Of a stretch of 64,000 bases of DNA, positions 1-18,350 are shown in pieces. The translations under genes and the position numbers were made by a program. The notes below the pieces were generated by a model. That model searched no databases. It saw nothing but the letters and a program-made list of their open reading frames with translations, and had not been told where the DNA came from. The stretch's first letter is position 1. Each line of letters begins with the position of its first letter. The stretch lies in the NCBI GenBank assembly GCA_033442325.1, contig JAWQFM010000025.1, positions 809,541 through 873,540 of the forward strand, in the 5' to 3' direction. This DNA is from Salpingoeca rosetta (taxonomy: Eukaryota > Protista > Choanoflagellata).

Positions 1-56
1 CAACAACAACAACAACAACAACTAAACAACAACTAACAATACATCAACAACAACAA

Positions 57-60
57 CATA

Positions 61-145
<85 letters not shown>
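57..145 (+). repeat. (CAT)n microsatellite upstream of the endosulfine gene
   Basis: Direct observation. Confidence 0.95.
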
Positions 146-147
<2 letters not shown>

Positions 148-205
148 CAACAACAACTACAAACTCACTTGACACCACGCACGACCACGTCTTCAGACGG
201 AAACC

Positions 206-819
206 ATGGACCCCACAATCCAGGCCCAGGAGGAGAAGATGCGCAAGTTTGGCCGCGCGCCTCGACCAAGAAAGGGACCCCTCGGCAAGCTCTCCGGCCG
301 GGTACGGCAGAAAGCATGCAAACGGGCGTGCTTGTTGAGTATTTGGGTGCTGGCTTGTGGGTTGCGGGTGCTGGGAGTGAAGCAAGTATTCCGCTGGAGT
401 CAGTGTATCATTTCTTGCATGCGTGTGCGCACCCATGCCTTTCCTTGATGCGCTGCATCGTGGTAGTGGTGGCTGCTTGTAGTTGTGGCTGTTTGCCTCA
501 GTTTCACACGCCTGCCTGCACTTGTGCCTGCCTGCCAACATGCACACCCGCCCCCCCCCCCCCGCGTCGCACATTCACGTTCTATTGGACTGTCGCCCTT
601 TTCGCCGTCACATGTATCCTCAAACAGGAGCGCAAGTACTTTGACTCTGCAGACCATGCCCTGAGCAGCGCAGGTGTCAAGACACAGACGGGCAAGGTCA
701 TTGCCACTGCACAGAACATCCCTCGCCGCACACAGTCCAAGCCCACAGGCATGGTAAGTGACGCGTGTGCGTGCGTGTGTTTGAGTGTGAGGGTGAGCAG
801 GAGAGAGAGAGAGAGAGAG

Positions 820-865
<46 letters not shown>

Positions 866-1193
866 TCTGTGTGTCTCTCTCTCTGTGTTGCTGTGTCTAC
901 GTGTGCGCTCGTGTTCTATGATGTTGACAACGCCCACGCCTTGCACCCAATGCTCCTCCTTTTTGTTTTGTGCTTCATGTCACCACCACCACCATCATCA
1001 CCACCACCACCACCACCACTACCATCACCGGCGGCTGCAGGTCGACCACACACAGGAGGTGATTGAGACGGACGGCAAGTCGGGGGACGAGCAGGAGACG
1101 ACCAAGGACACCGCCACCGCCGCCACCGAGAGCCAACCCCAGCAACAGAGCCAAGACGAGAAGCAAAAAACACAACAAAAACAATCAGAGTAG
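206..1193 (+). CDS. ENSA: Endosulfine / ARPP-19 / Igo1 family protein (Greatwall substrate, PP2A-B55 inhibitor); 3 exons 206-301, 628-753, 1041-1193
   Basis: In-frame GT-AG splicing gives MDPTIQAQEEKMRKFGRAPRPRKGPLGKLSGR|ERKYFDSADHALSSAGVKTQTGKVIATAQNIPRRTQSKPTGM|VDHTQE...KQSE*. KYFDSAD matches the endosulfine KYFDSGDY Greatwall site, and TGKVIATAQNIP resembles the conserved TGxxIPTPxxLP block. Confidence 0.85.
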
Positions 1194-1685
1194 CTCCATG
1201 TCCGTTCTCGTGCCTGTTCCCAACCACAACCCTACCAGAAAACAATCTCTTGTTTATGTCAAACGTGCGTTGCTTTGCCCTCCTCTGCTCTGCATTACCC
1301 TCCTGCAAATGTACTTCCCCGCGGCGTGTCACATCATGTCACCTCGCTTGTTTTTTGTTTGTTTTTTGTTTTCTGTCGCCTCCCTTGTCTCAGTCATGTT
1401 CCCTCGTTCTCCATGTCACGCCACCACCCCACTTTCCTTCCTTTTGTCCGTGTTCCGCATCTGAGACAGTAAGCGTGTGCATTCTTCCTCTCTCCCGTAA
1501 AACCCATCTGTCTGGCTGCTTCGTGTTGACGTGTGTACTGGGGGAAACGTGTAAAGGAGGGAAGAACAAAGAAAGGAGGGGGATAGGAAAGAGGGGAAGA
1601 ACAAGCCATGCTCAAATCATGCATGTGTGCTTGTTTGTGTGTCGAGCACACATGCAATGCACTGTTGCGACGTGGGCGTGTCTGC

Positions 1686-2366
1686 TTAACGCCAGGCACC
1701 GCCAGTCCGCGAAGCACCACCTTGGCGCGCCTTGCCAGCTGCAAGATGGGAAGGCAAGGGTCGGCATTGAAGCAGAAGCGAAGAAAGCAAGAACACCACT
1801 GTGAGTCATCTGGTTCATGTAGCACCATAGCATCATTGCATTGCATGTCACTTCATCAAAACAAGGTCGCACACAATTAAATTCAATCAGCATGCAAAAC
1901 GCCAACCAACACGATAAGCAGACAACTTACGGCGGCCGCGGCCGGGGTCGCGGTTCTGGCCCCATGCACCACGCGTCATCGAGCGCTCCTCAGCCTCAGC
2001 CTCATGCGCAGCCTCCTGTTCCGAGGAAACAAACCACAAGGACGGATGGTGTGAGCAACGTGGTGGAAGACACGCAGGACGTGGAGGACAAAGGTTGCTC
2101 AAGTGCTCGCAGTGCTCGCATAACAAATGACAACATGAAACGCACTCGGTCGAATCTGCGCTCGTCGCGGCCAGACGCGTCCTGTGGACGACGGCGATCT
2201 GAAAGAAAAATGAAGCAACAGCACAACAAGAAAATGGACAAAGGAGATGAAACATGGTAACAAACACCCGCGCGGAAAACACAACACCCAAACCCACAAA
2301 CCAAACGCAAAACCCCGTGACAAAAGTGCAACCCTCATCTGCGGGTTCCCCCCCCCCCCACGCACG

Positions 2367-2444
<78 letters not shown>

Positions 2445-5400
2445 GTACCACCCCAAACATCACTATTTCAAAGCACTGGGTTCGTGCGTACCGTCTTGAC
2501 CGCGACCCCAGCCGGCGGTGCGGGAGCGGGTCATGTCGCGCTGTGGAGGGCCGCGCGATGCGCCACCGGCACTACCGCTGCCAGCAGTACGCCATGCGCC
2601 GCCAGCAGGGCGGTCACCGGCGCCGGTGCGAGCTGCAGGGGGGCGGTAGCTGTCGCTTGGCGGCGGCGCTGCTTCGCGGGGAGGAGCTGCTTCGCGGGCC
2701 GCAGACGGTGGCACATAGCGGGACGGCTCGGGCTCCGCTGGAGCTGGCGCCCGCTGTGCAACAGGTGCGGGGGCGGGGGCCGCCTGCTGTTGTTGCTGTT
2801 GTTGCTGTTGTTGCTGTTGTTGCTGTTGTTGCTGGTGGTGCTGGTGCTTGGCGGCTGCAAGGTGTTGGTGGAAGTGTTGAGCAAAGCACGATGACGCAGC
2901 GTGAGCCAAGTGGCATTTGACGAGTGGCGTTTGACGGGTGACCAAGATCGGCAAACGATCGAAGAACAAGAACAACCCGTGTGGGCCTCAACAGGCTCTC
3001 ATCGTTACAACGATGCAGGGGCACGCGCGCTCTTACAACAGTACTCACTGCGTGCTGAAGTAACGGTTTCCCAGCCATCGCCAGACTCGTCCTCAACACG
3101 GCGCTCTGATGGTAGACACACAAGTGACGACGTAAGCAGACACGGCAAGACGTGAGAATAAAAACAGTGTAAAACTCACAATTCGCAATTCAGAACAAGA
3201 TAATGAAGGAACAAATGGCAATGCAATACAACTAAGGCAAACTGCGATTTCCCGCCTGCTCACCTGGCTCGAGGACACCCTCAGTATTATGGGCCACTGC
3301 AAAGTGGAAACGCGCATGCAAGAGGTTGTCGTAAGCACACAAAAGCTAAACACATGGCACCACTGTTCATCAAACCTGCAAAGCACAAACAAAAGACGCA
3401 ACTAGGACAAAAAAAGAGCCAAGACGACAAAGGCGACACCACAGCACATCAACACGCCAACGTGAACAAAACGCAAGCACAGCCTAAACAATACAACCAA
3501 AACAACACACCAGACTCGATGATGCGCTGCTGCTCGAGGCGTTCCTCTTCCTCGCGCTGTCGGCGCTCCTCCTCCTCCGCCTCGCGACGAAGCTTGTCCT
3601 TGTACTCCTGGCTCTGCTCGTACGCGCGACGCTCCGCCTCTTCCTTCTTGCGCTTGCGCTCCTCCTGCTCGGCAAAGCGCGTTTCAAACTCAGCAAGGCG
3701 CTTATCGAATGCCGCCCGACGCGGTGTGGTTATGTCGTTGATAAATGCAAGCGTGGGCTTCTTCAGCTTGCTGAAGCGGGCCTTGAGGGCGAGCTTGCTG
3801 GCGTGCTCGGCGGCCTGGCGCTTGCGCTCCTTCTCAACAGCGGCCTCGGCCTTCTCCTTGCGGGCCTCAACCTCCTTCGCGTTCATCGCCTTGCGCTTGG
3901 GAATCTCGGCAAGGCGACGAGCACGCTCAAGGAAGTCAATGCGCTTCTGAAGTTTGGAGAGCTGCAGCCGTGGCAACGGAACGGTACGAAACGCAGGATC
4001 CATGCAAAAGCAAACATGTAGCGGGAACAGAGTGATGGTGAGCAAGGCGCAGGAACACGGAGAAGATCACAACCAAACACGATACGCCACAAGGTAAATG
4101 TGGTGGAACGCGGGCCATGCACAACGCTCAACCAATCACAGAGACAGCAACCAATTTGTCGACATGAATCCAGGCAGTTGCCGTTAATGCAACCAAACGC
4201 ACAGGTGCACAAACAGTAGCGCAAACACTCGCGAAAACGGTCGCACCATTTCCTCGCGCTCCTTGCGGGCCTTGGTCTGGTACTTGGACAGAATCTGCCA
4301 CAGCTCGTCCAGGCTCTTCTGCTCAAGTTCCGAGCGTTTGTACGAGGAAAACGCCTTCTGACCATCCTCCGTGCGCATGTACAGGTCAAGCTGCTCCCGA
4401 ACCTGAGGTAAGCACCAGAGAACATTTCAAGCGGATGCAGACACAAAGTGGGCGAGACGTTGAAATGTGAGTAAGTTGTGAGATGTGGGTAAAACGAGGA
4501 GGTATGGTCATGCTGAAGATTGCGGGTTGTGCTTGAGGAGGCAAGGGGAAAGGTGAAGCACAACGTCAGGGGGCCGTGATGCGTTGACCTGGCAATATCA
4601 AGCAAGGGACGGCGTTACCTCCTGGAGCTCCTGCTCGCGAATCTCCTTCTCGCGGAGACGACGCTCGCGCTCCTCGGCATTGCGCTTCTCAGCCTCCTCC
4701 CGCTTCTTCAGCATCTCCTGGTCACTCTGTGCACACCACCGGGACATGCAAAACAGGCACACACATACACGCACACGTGTAAGCAAGGGCAAACCGATGC
4801 ACACGCGTGGACGCAAGCAACACATACATACACGGGCACGCGCAGGAGTGCGGCGCGACACAGCAGCAGAAGCAGCCACTCACAAGCCACAGCAACACCT
4901 AAACTGCAAAAAAAAAGCAATATGGCGAACAGGGACGCAATACGTACGCGGAGCTGCTTCTCGCGAAGGCGCTGCTGCTCCTCCTGCTGGGCCTGCTTCT
5001 CGGCCATGCGGCGCTTGAGCTGCACATCCTGGCGGCTGTGCATCTCGTGGCGCGCCTTCTCCGCAGCCTCGGCAATGCCAGACACAAGCGGTGCACGCAG
5101 CTGCTCGGGCTCAATCATGTGGCCAACAACCTGCAGGCGACTGGGGGCAGCAAGCAAACGCGGAACATGCCGTGGTGAATGGCGTGGGAAATTTGAGGGT
5201 TGGTAGGTAAACACCGAGCGGGTGGTGTGCAGGTAAGCAGAACTCAAAACACACGCGCCTACGCACGCACAGATACATGAGCACGCCTATAGATGCGAAA
5301 AGGCTTACCCTGCGAGGGTGCTGAGCGGGTTCTGGCTCATGCGGGCGCGGAGAGACTCGAGCTCGGCGCCGGCGCTGCGGTGCACGTTGGACGACTGCAC

Positions 5401-8400
5401 GCCCGAGGTGAACTTGATGCAGTTGTCAAAGTGGGAAAAGCGCACATGCAACACGCCAGCCTTGACGGCATTGGCAATGTGCAGCTCAAGCTGAAACGAC
5501 ACAAGGACAAAGCGAGGACAAAGTGGGAGAATGGGAAAACAGTGCGTGTGAAGGCTTGTTTCGGAGATGATTTGAAAAGTTTGAGAAGACAAGTTGTTTG
5601 CCTTCGCACCAAAACAAAGCAAGCACCAAACAACGTCTAGTCAGCCAGCCACACGCAGCTGGGTCGTGGGCAGTGTGATTTACAATATTGTTACCTTGGA
5701 GTAGCTGTTGCAGAAGGGAAGCCATGACTGAAGCTTGTCCAGAGTCATGGTCGTGTACACGTACGAGAGCTAAAGCCGAGATCACAAGGGCGCGATAGAA
5801 AGGAAAACCACATGGTTGGACAGAGTCGTGAGTAAGCGAGTGATGGTTGAGAACACGAGGACAAAAGCAATGCAACCATGATAAACAGCTCGCTAAGCTT
5901 GAGTACAGGAGGGGGGGAGACACATGTGGAACTCAGTTGACGAATAAGGTTTGTCTCATGACTGCTTGGTGCAGTTCGAGGAATGTAGGTAAGTTAAATT
6001 GTTGCATCATAGTTCCGCAAATGAAGGAAAAGGAGGACAGGCAAAAGAGGGTAGAAGGCGGCGACAATGCCATGGGAAGACAGCAGGAACGTGGCTGTAT
6101 CATGCCATGAAACGCAAAAGCGCTGCTCGAGGTTGAACCAACCTGTGTGAGGATGCGCATGGAGATGGCGTACTCCAGCACGTCGCGGTACGACTGGTAC
6201 TTGCGCTTGCTAAACTCCTCATCGTCGGAGAAGAGCGCAAACATCTTCACAGCCTGTTGACAAAAAACAGGGTGGTGCGAGGGAGGGTAGAGATGAGGGA
6301 GGGTAGACGCAAAGGTGAACGACAGCGCAAAGGTGATGGCTTAGCAACAAGGCAATCACCACAAACGATTGCATGTCAGCACACAAACACACGACCAGTC
6401 GTTGTTGCATGTTGTTGAGAGTGTCCAAGGATGCCGGCAGTCATGCATCAAGATGAAGACAGGCGAACCTGGTCGCGCAGACGGTCGGGGCTGAACTCGA
6501 GCTCGACGAGACCAAACAGGCCGCGGACGTCCTCGTGGGCAAGGGCAAGGGCAGAGCTCTCGTTCTGCACGCGACGTGAAAAGCATTGGTGTGAAATGAG
6601 AACGAGCCGATTCAGTGGGAGCACATGTTCACAGCACAATGGAACTGCTTGCGTTTCGCACAAGACAGCGACAAGCAAAATGCCGTTGTCCAAAACCTCA
6701 CCAGGGACTCAAGGAGAGACTGACGGGTAGGAACAGTCTGCAGCTTGAGAAGGGCTGAACAGAAAAGGAAGCAGAGGCAACCGGTCAGTCCATGAGAAAG
6801 GCAGGAAACAGAGAGAGAGAGAGAGAGCAGCGCATTTCTGCGTTCAACTGAGCAGGAAGGACTTCAGTCGTCGGGCCGATTCAGCAACGGCATCAACGTG
6901 TGGCTTGATTCAACTCACCCTTGAACTGGCCCTCGCGGCGGGTCTGGTAGTCACGGCCGGTAAAGGCGTTGGCGTCCTTGATGCTCGAGTCGTTCTTGGC
7001 AATGGGCACAGCAAGAGCAGACAGCACGGCAACGTTTGCGGCGGCGCTGATCTCTGTCGTGAGGGGCAGGGGAAGACAGGTAATACAATCAGTGGTGAGG
7101 GTGGACAACAAGAACCCCGGGCATTGTCGGAGAAACGTGTGACAAAAGGGAGATGATGCGACACTGAACTGCAAGCACACAGAGCAACGTCATAAAAGGA
7201 ATAGCGGCCACCAACACCAACACCAACTGTGGGACCAACCCTGGTCGGAGAAGTCGCTGGGCCAGTCCTGGCAGAGGAGGAAAATCTGCTGGCAGGCAGC
7301 GGCGTGGAAGGCAAAGTCGCGGCTGCGCACGAACAGCTCAGCAACAAGGCGCAGGAAGTTGTACGACGTGCGGATCTTGGGGATCTGTCAGGGACAACCG
7401 AGTGCAGTGGGTCGTTAATAAGAGGGTGTGTGTAAAGCTTGGGAATTGGGTTGCCACGAGTCAAGGGAATGTATGCAGCGTTGCCAAATGTGCAACGCTG
7501 GTTCTGTTTGCTCGTGTGTGGGGCAAATCAACTAAGCGAACCAAGTCAAGTGAAGGCAGACACGGACAGAGGTGATTGTTGAATACGCACCACAGCACTG
7601 TCCTTGAGGAGGTCTGAGACGTCGTTGATGACGCGGTAGGCCTGGCGCCACTGGGAGAGGTCGCGGGCAAACTTGACGGCGGTGAGGCGCAGCGTCACGT
7701 GGCGCTCAAAGGTGTCCTCGTTGCGCAGCTTGATGTTGGTGTCCGACTTCCACGTGTACGACTGGCGCAGGTGGTTGCGCAGCGTGTCGCAGAGGCGGTT
7801 AAACTCCATGCGGCGGTTGTGGCGCTTGCAAAACTCCATGGCGTCACGCGCCGTCTGGTAGTACAGCTGCTCGTAGTGCACGTTGTTCCTGTTTGATTAG
7901 CAAGTGGGTAGGGTGGCAATAAATATGAGTTGATGTGATGCGGGAAGTGTAAATACGTGTGTGTGTGTGTGTGAGTGTGTGTGTGTGTGTGAATGTGTGT
8001 GAATGTGCAAAACAGACAGCAGTCACGCACAAGCAAGCGAAGGGTGCCGTTTTTTTTTACCGCAAGGGTTTGATGAGACCACCAGATGCAACGCCACCAT
8101 TCTCCCTCAGACATTTAGCTTTTAGCACAAAAGGCTGGCGTCTCACACCTGAGGACATCGAGGCAGTTGCGGTACGCCTCCCAGAGGAAGCGCAGCCACG
8201 GGGCGGCGACGGCACGCCAGGTGCGGTCGCTGGTGCCCATTGTGGTGACGGCAGCCATGAGCACAGACTCGGGCGTCTCCATCTCCTCCAGGTCCTCGAG
8301 CTTGGCCTTCTGCGCCTTGGTGGCCTCGTCGTCCTCAACGGTGGAGGCGGGGGCAGCTGCGGGCGCCTCCTTCTTCTCCTCGGCCTTTGGCTCAGCCTCA

Positions 8401-9873
8401 GCGTCGCTGTGCTCCTCCTCCTCTTCGTCCTCGTCCGCCTCGTCTGCTTCGTCCTCATCGTCAAAGTAGACCATCTTGGGCTCTGTGACCTGCTCACCGC
8501 GGGCGACGCGCTCCGCCATGTCGAAGCGGCGCTGGCACTCGGACAGGTACAGGGTGAGCACGCGCTCAAACGAGTCCTTGTGCTTCTCGCCGGTCATGTT
8601 GCGGTACTTGTGCAGCACATCCTTTGCCTCGGGACCTGTGTGGCAGTGGTGTGCGTGGGGGGGGGGGGGTGAGTGAGCGAGTGAGCGAAGGAGTGTGTGT
8701 GTTGTGTGTGTGTGTCAAAAAGGCAAACGTGAAAATGGGGAGAGTCAAAACAAAGACGCTGCGTATTGATCAGTAAACTTGAATTTAGCTTCAACACCCT
8801 GATAAACAGGAATCGGGAACACGGACCAAGTTGTAAATCATCATCTCAACAGCGGCAGCGTGAACGGAAGAGGAAAAGGGAAGGTGAAGAAGAAGAAGAG
8901 GAGACAAAACAATTGCGGGAGGCTGTGCAGAACTTGTGTGTTCACTGCACAGCAAAGTGTGTGGTTTGCGATCAGTGAACTTGAATTGTTTCAACACCCT
9001 GATGAACAGGAATCGGGAACACGGACCAAGTTACAAATCATCGTCTCACAAACTCAGCACAAGGGGAGAAAGAAGGAAAGCGGGAGAAGAGGAGAGGGGG
9101 GACGCTGTGGACGGCAGCAAAAGAGGGAAAGACAAGAGCATTGTCTTTGAACAAAAGTGTGGTTGGATGTGTGATCGGTAAACTTGAATTTGGCTTCAAC
9201 ACCCTGATGAACAGGAATCGGGAACACGGACCAAGTTGTAAATCATCATCTCACAATCCAAGAAGGTGTGGTTTGAAACGAAAGAGGGAGAGGTAATGGG
9301 GGAGAACCAAGCTCCTTTTGTTGTGTACCTTTCTTGAGGTCGATGCAAATCTTGATGCACATGAGAGCGGCCTTCTCGTGGTCCAGTGACCAGTCAAACC
9401 TGAGGCGGTCACGGAAGCACCGAGGGGGGATGAGTGGGTGAGGGAGTAAGGAGAACGAGTGAGTGCATGGTGGAAGCATGAGGATGAGTGTGAGTGGATG
9501 ATGGCCATGATGAGGTGTGGTGGACGAACCTTCGGCGGCCGCTGAGCACCTTCATGAGCTCCTCGCGAGCATGGTGGCGCTTGTCGTGATTGATGAGTTC
9601 TGTGTGCGCGTGTTAGGAGGAGGAGGAGGAGGAGGAGGGGTGATGCGATGGGTGAGATTCAGTGGTGGGTGGCTTCGGTGCAAAGCTGAAGTGAGCTTGC
9701 TCGGTCACTGGCAGCCTCAAGGAGTCACAAGCAAGAGGCACACACGTGCACACACATGCACGTCCATGACAGTGCACTCTATCTTCACACACACACAGAG
9801 CATTGGACACTGCGCTGAACAACTCACTCTTGGCCGTGATGATGGCCGCGGCAGGGCGGGGTGGTCGCGGCAT
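1686..9873 (-). CDS. EIF3A: Eukaryotic translation initiation factor 3 subunit A (PCI domain, coiled coil, R/G/D-rich C-terminus); multi-exon
   Basis: ATG at 9873 ([15 protein letters not shown]). The exons encode eIF3a signatures [79 protein letters not shown]|[19 protein letters not shown]|[10 protein letters not shown] and [16 protein letters not shown]. Phase-compatible terminal exons 2146-2198, 1931-2015 and 1686-1738 end in ...SRTGGAWR* (TAA). An unspliced alternative would stop at 2463. Confidence 0.95.
5926..6018 (-). ncRNA. SNORD34: Intronic box C/D snoRNA, U34/SNORD34/snR62-like (LSU rRNA 2'-O-methylation guide)
   Basis: Same strand as the eIF3a host. Terminal stem (gcggaac/gttccac), box C ATGATGC (6004-6010), guide CTTACCTACATT (5982-5993) complementary to conserved LSU AAUGUAGGUAAG, degenerate D' UCGA, and box D CTGA (5933-5936). 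The +5 rule points to the U equivalent to human 28S Um2824 / yeast 25S Um1888. Confidence 0.75.
8766..8849 (-). ncRNA. SNORD18: Intronic box C/D snoRNA, U18/SNORD18/snR18-like, copy c
   Basis: Box C ATGATGA (8838-8844), guide CTTGGTCCGTGTT complementary to conserved LSU AACACGGACCAAG, D' CCGA, box D CTGA (8770-8773), terminal stem ttga/tcaa. The +5 rule gives the A equivalent to human Am1313 / yeast Am649. Confidence 0.88.
8964..9053 (-). ncRNA. SNORD18: Intronic box C/D snoRNA, U18-like, copy b
   Basis: Same guide and D' box as copy c. Variant box C ACGATGA (9038-9044), box D CTGA (8972-8975), 8-bp terminal stem gtttgtga/tcgcaaac. Confidence 0.82.
9163..9261 (-). ncRNA. SNORD18: Intronic box C/D snoRNA, U18-like, copy a
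   Basis: Same guide and D' box as copy c. Box C ATGATGA (9243-9249), variant box D CCGA (9175-9178), long terminal stem ttggat-tgtga/tcaca-atccaa. Confidence 0.82.
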
Positions 9874-10630
9874 GGTCGGTTGGTGTGTGTGGTTGGTCGG
9901 TGTGGGGTGTGGAGAGTGCACACGGAAGAGACAGGCAGCGAATGAGGCACAAGCGCCAACACCACCACCACGTGTGTGTGCGCAAAGCAGAAGCCGTGAG
10001 AGGAAGAGTGGTGGAAGATTTACGAAGATGTTCTTAAATGGGCGGGATGCGCTATTTTGAGAGCAAGGCAAGAACTGTCACATTTGACAGCTCCAAGCCA
10101 AACAAGGAAGAAGAGGAAGACGACGAGCTGGATTTGTCAGACGAACGACGTGAGTGAAATGTGTGCGGCATTTGCAGTGGTGGTTTGTTGGTGGGGAGCG
10201 AGACAGTGTGTGTTATGTTTGGGTATGCGTGAGGGAGTGTGCGTGTGTGTATGTGTGTGTGTGCGTGAGGATGTGTGTGTGTGTGTATGTGCGTCATGTT
10301 TGGGTATGCGTGTGTGTGTTTGTATGTGTGTGTGTGTTTGTTTGTATGTGTTTGTATGTGTGTGTGTGAAGCCATGTATGAAGCCACGTATGTGAAGCCA
10401 TGTATGTGAAGCCATGTGTGTGTGTGTGTGTGTGAAGCCATGTTCTATTCTGGAGCAGTGTTTAGACTGGTCGCATCGAGTGCTCACTGCAATGTGTTAT
10501 GTATGTATTTGCTCTCTTTTGTTGCAACGGAAAAGGACCTCGATTGGAACCAGCACACGGAAACAAGCACTCAGACGCAGATATCAAGACTCAGATACAG
10601 ACAGCACCAACAGCACCACCAACAACAACC
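9874..10630. promoter_or_regulatory. Putative bidirectional promoter between head-to-head EIF3A and WDR1
   Basis: The divergent start codons are about 760 bp apart. The region contains a short tandem TGTGAAGCCA(T/C)GT-type repeat at about 10365-10443. Promoter function is inferred from gene geometry only. Confidence 0.45.
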
Positions 10631-17267
<6,637 letters not shown>

Positions 17268-18350
17268 ACCCCCTCACACCCTCACACCCTCACACTCCAC
17301 ACCCTCAGCCCCATACAACAACAACAAAACTCAAATGTAGCTGTTTCTTCCTTTCCCCCCTCCCCTTTGCGTTCCGTTCCACCGTGCTTGCTTGTTGGTT
17401 GGTTGTTGAGCCGTGCTGAAGTTGTTTTGTTGCCTGCAAGCAAGCGACACACACAGCGAGTGCTCTTGCTTGTTGTGATTTGGCGCCGCTTGCTCCCTCT
17501 GTGGTGTTGCCGTTGGGGGGTTTGCGCGCGTGTGTGCGCTGTTCATTGTTTCCAATCTTCGTTCCAATACACGTCTGTTTTTTGTTCCTTTCACCGCATT
17601 GGAGAAGCGGAGAATCACGAATATGTGTGTCATCACATCAAAGCACATGGCAGAAGTGCAACAGCACTTTGCAAGAATGCCCCGCCCCTGCTGCGCCCAT
17701 TGCACATGCCAGTTGCTCCAGCAATCCAAAACTTGGAGTCACAGACTTCTGGTCCAATCACATGATGTGACACCATGACGTGACACACCGACCCCCCAAA
17801 GCACCAACGCCCGGTTGCTATTCTCTCCTCATCAGTGACTGTCTGTGTTGCTCGTGACTGAGGTGGGGTGACATACATACGTCGACTGGAGGCAGGGACT
17901 GTGTCGAAACAGACACAACAAAGAAACCCCAAGAAGCAAGACGCAAGCAAGAAGCATGTAACGCAGGGACACAGCTAGACAGCTGGCCGCAGAGGCAGCT
18001 TTGCTGAGTCAACCACAACCTTGTCCGCACTCAACGAAGCAGACAAAGATGAACACAAACAAAGGAAGCACTGTGTTACATTACAACCATTTTTTCCTTG
18101 TGTCAACCCACTGGCCTATTGCGCGACTCACGCACACACGCACACACACTACACACACGCACACACTCTCTCATAGTCACAAGTGCACTCACTCACTCCC
18201 CTTCTCTCACTCACTCACTCTCCCTCTCTGTCACTCAATCCAAGTTCATTTGCACACACGCACATATACACACATTTACACAAGTTCACTTTCACAAGTT
18301 TGTCATCGTCATTCACACTCGCGCCGCGACGGAACAAGGACACTGCAGCC

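Noticed and set aside
1841-2260. Plus-strand 139-aa ORF containing GGRGRGRG
   Set aside because: It is antisense to the phase-compatible terminal eIF3a exons.
4403-4618. Two-hairpin intron as a candidate H/ACA snoRNA
   Set aside because: There is no correctly placed ANANNA hinge or terminal ACA box, and the hairpins lack pseudouridylation pockets.
5636-5830. Complex intronic-looking stretch with the hairpin CCATGACT/AGTCATGG and a CTGA, first considered an ncRNA
   Set aside because: 5695-5769 on the minus strand is a 75-nt eIF3a coding exon ([25 protein letters not shown]) that fills the expected PCI-domain gap.
8766-9261. Three regularly spaced repeats resembling a CRISPR array or rRNA fragments
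   Set aside because: The units are ~80 nt with C/D boxes, in a eukaryotic intron with no cas genes. The rRNA match is only the 13-nt antisense guide.
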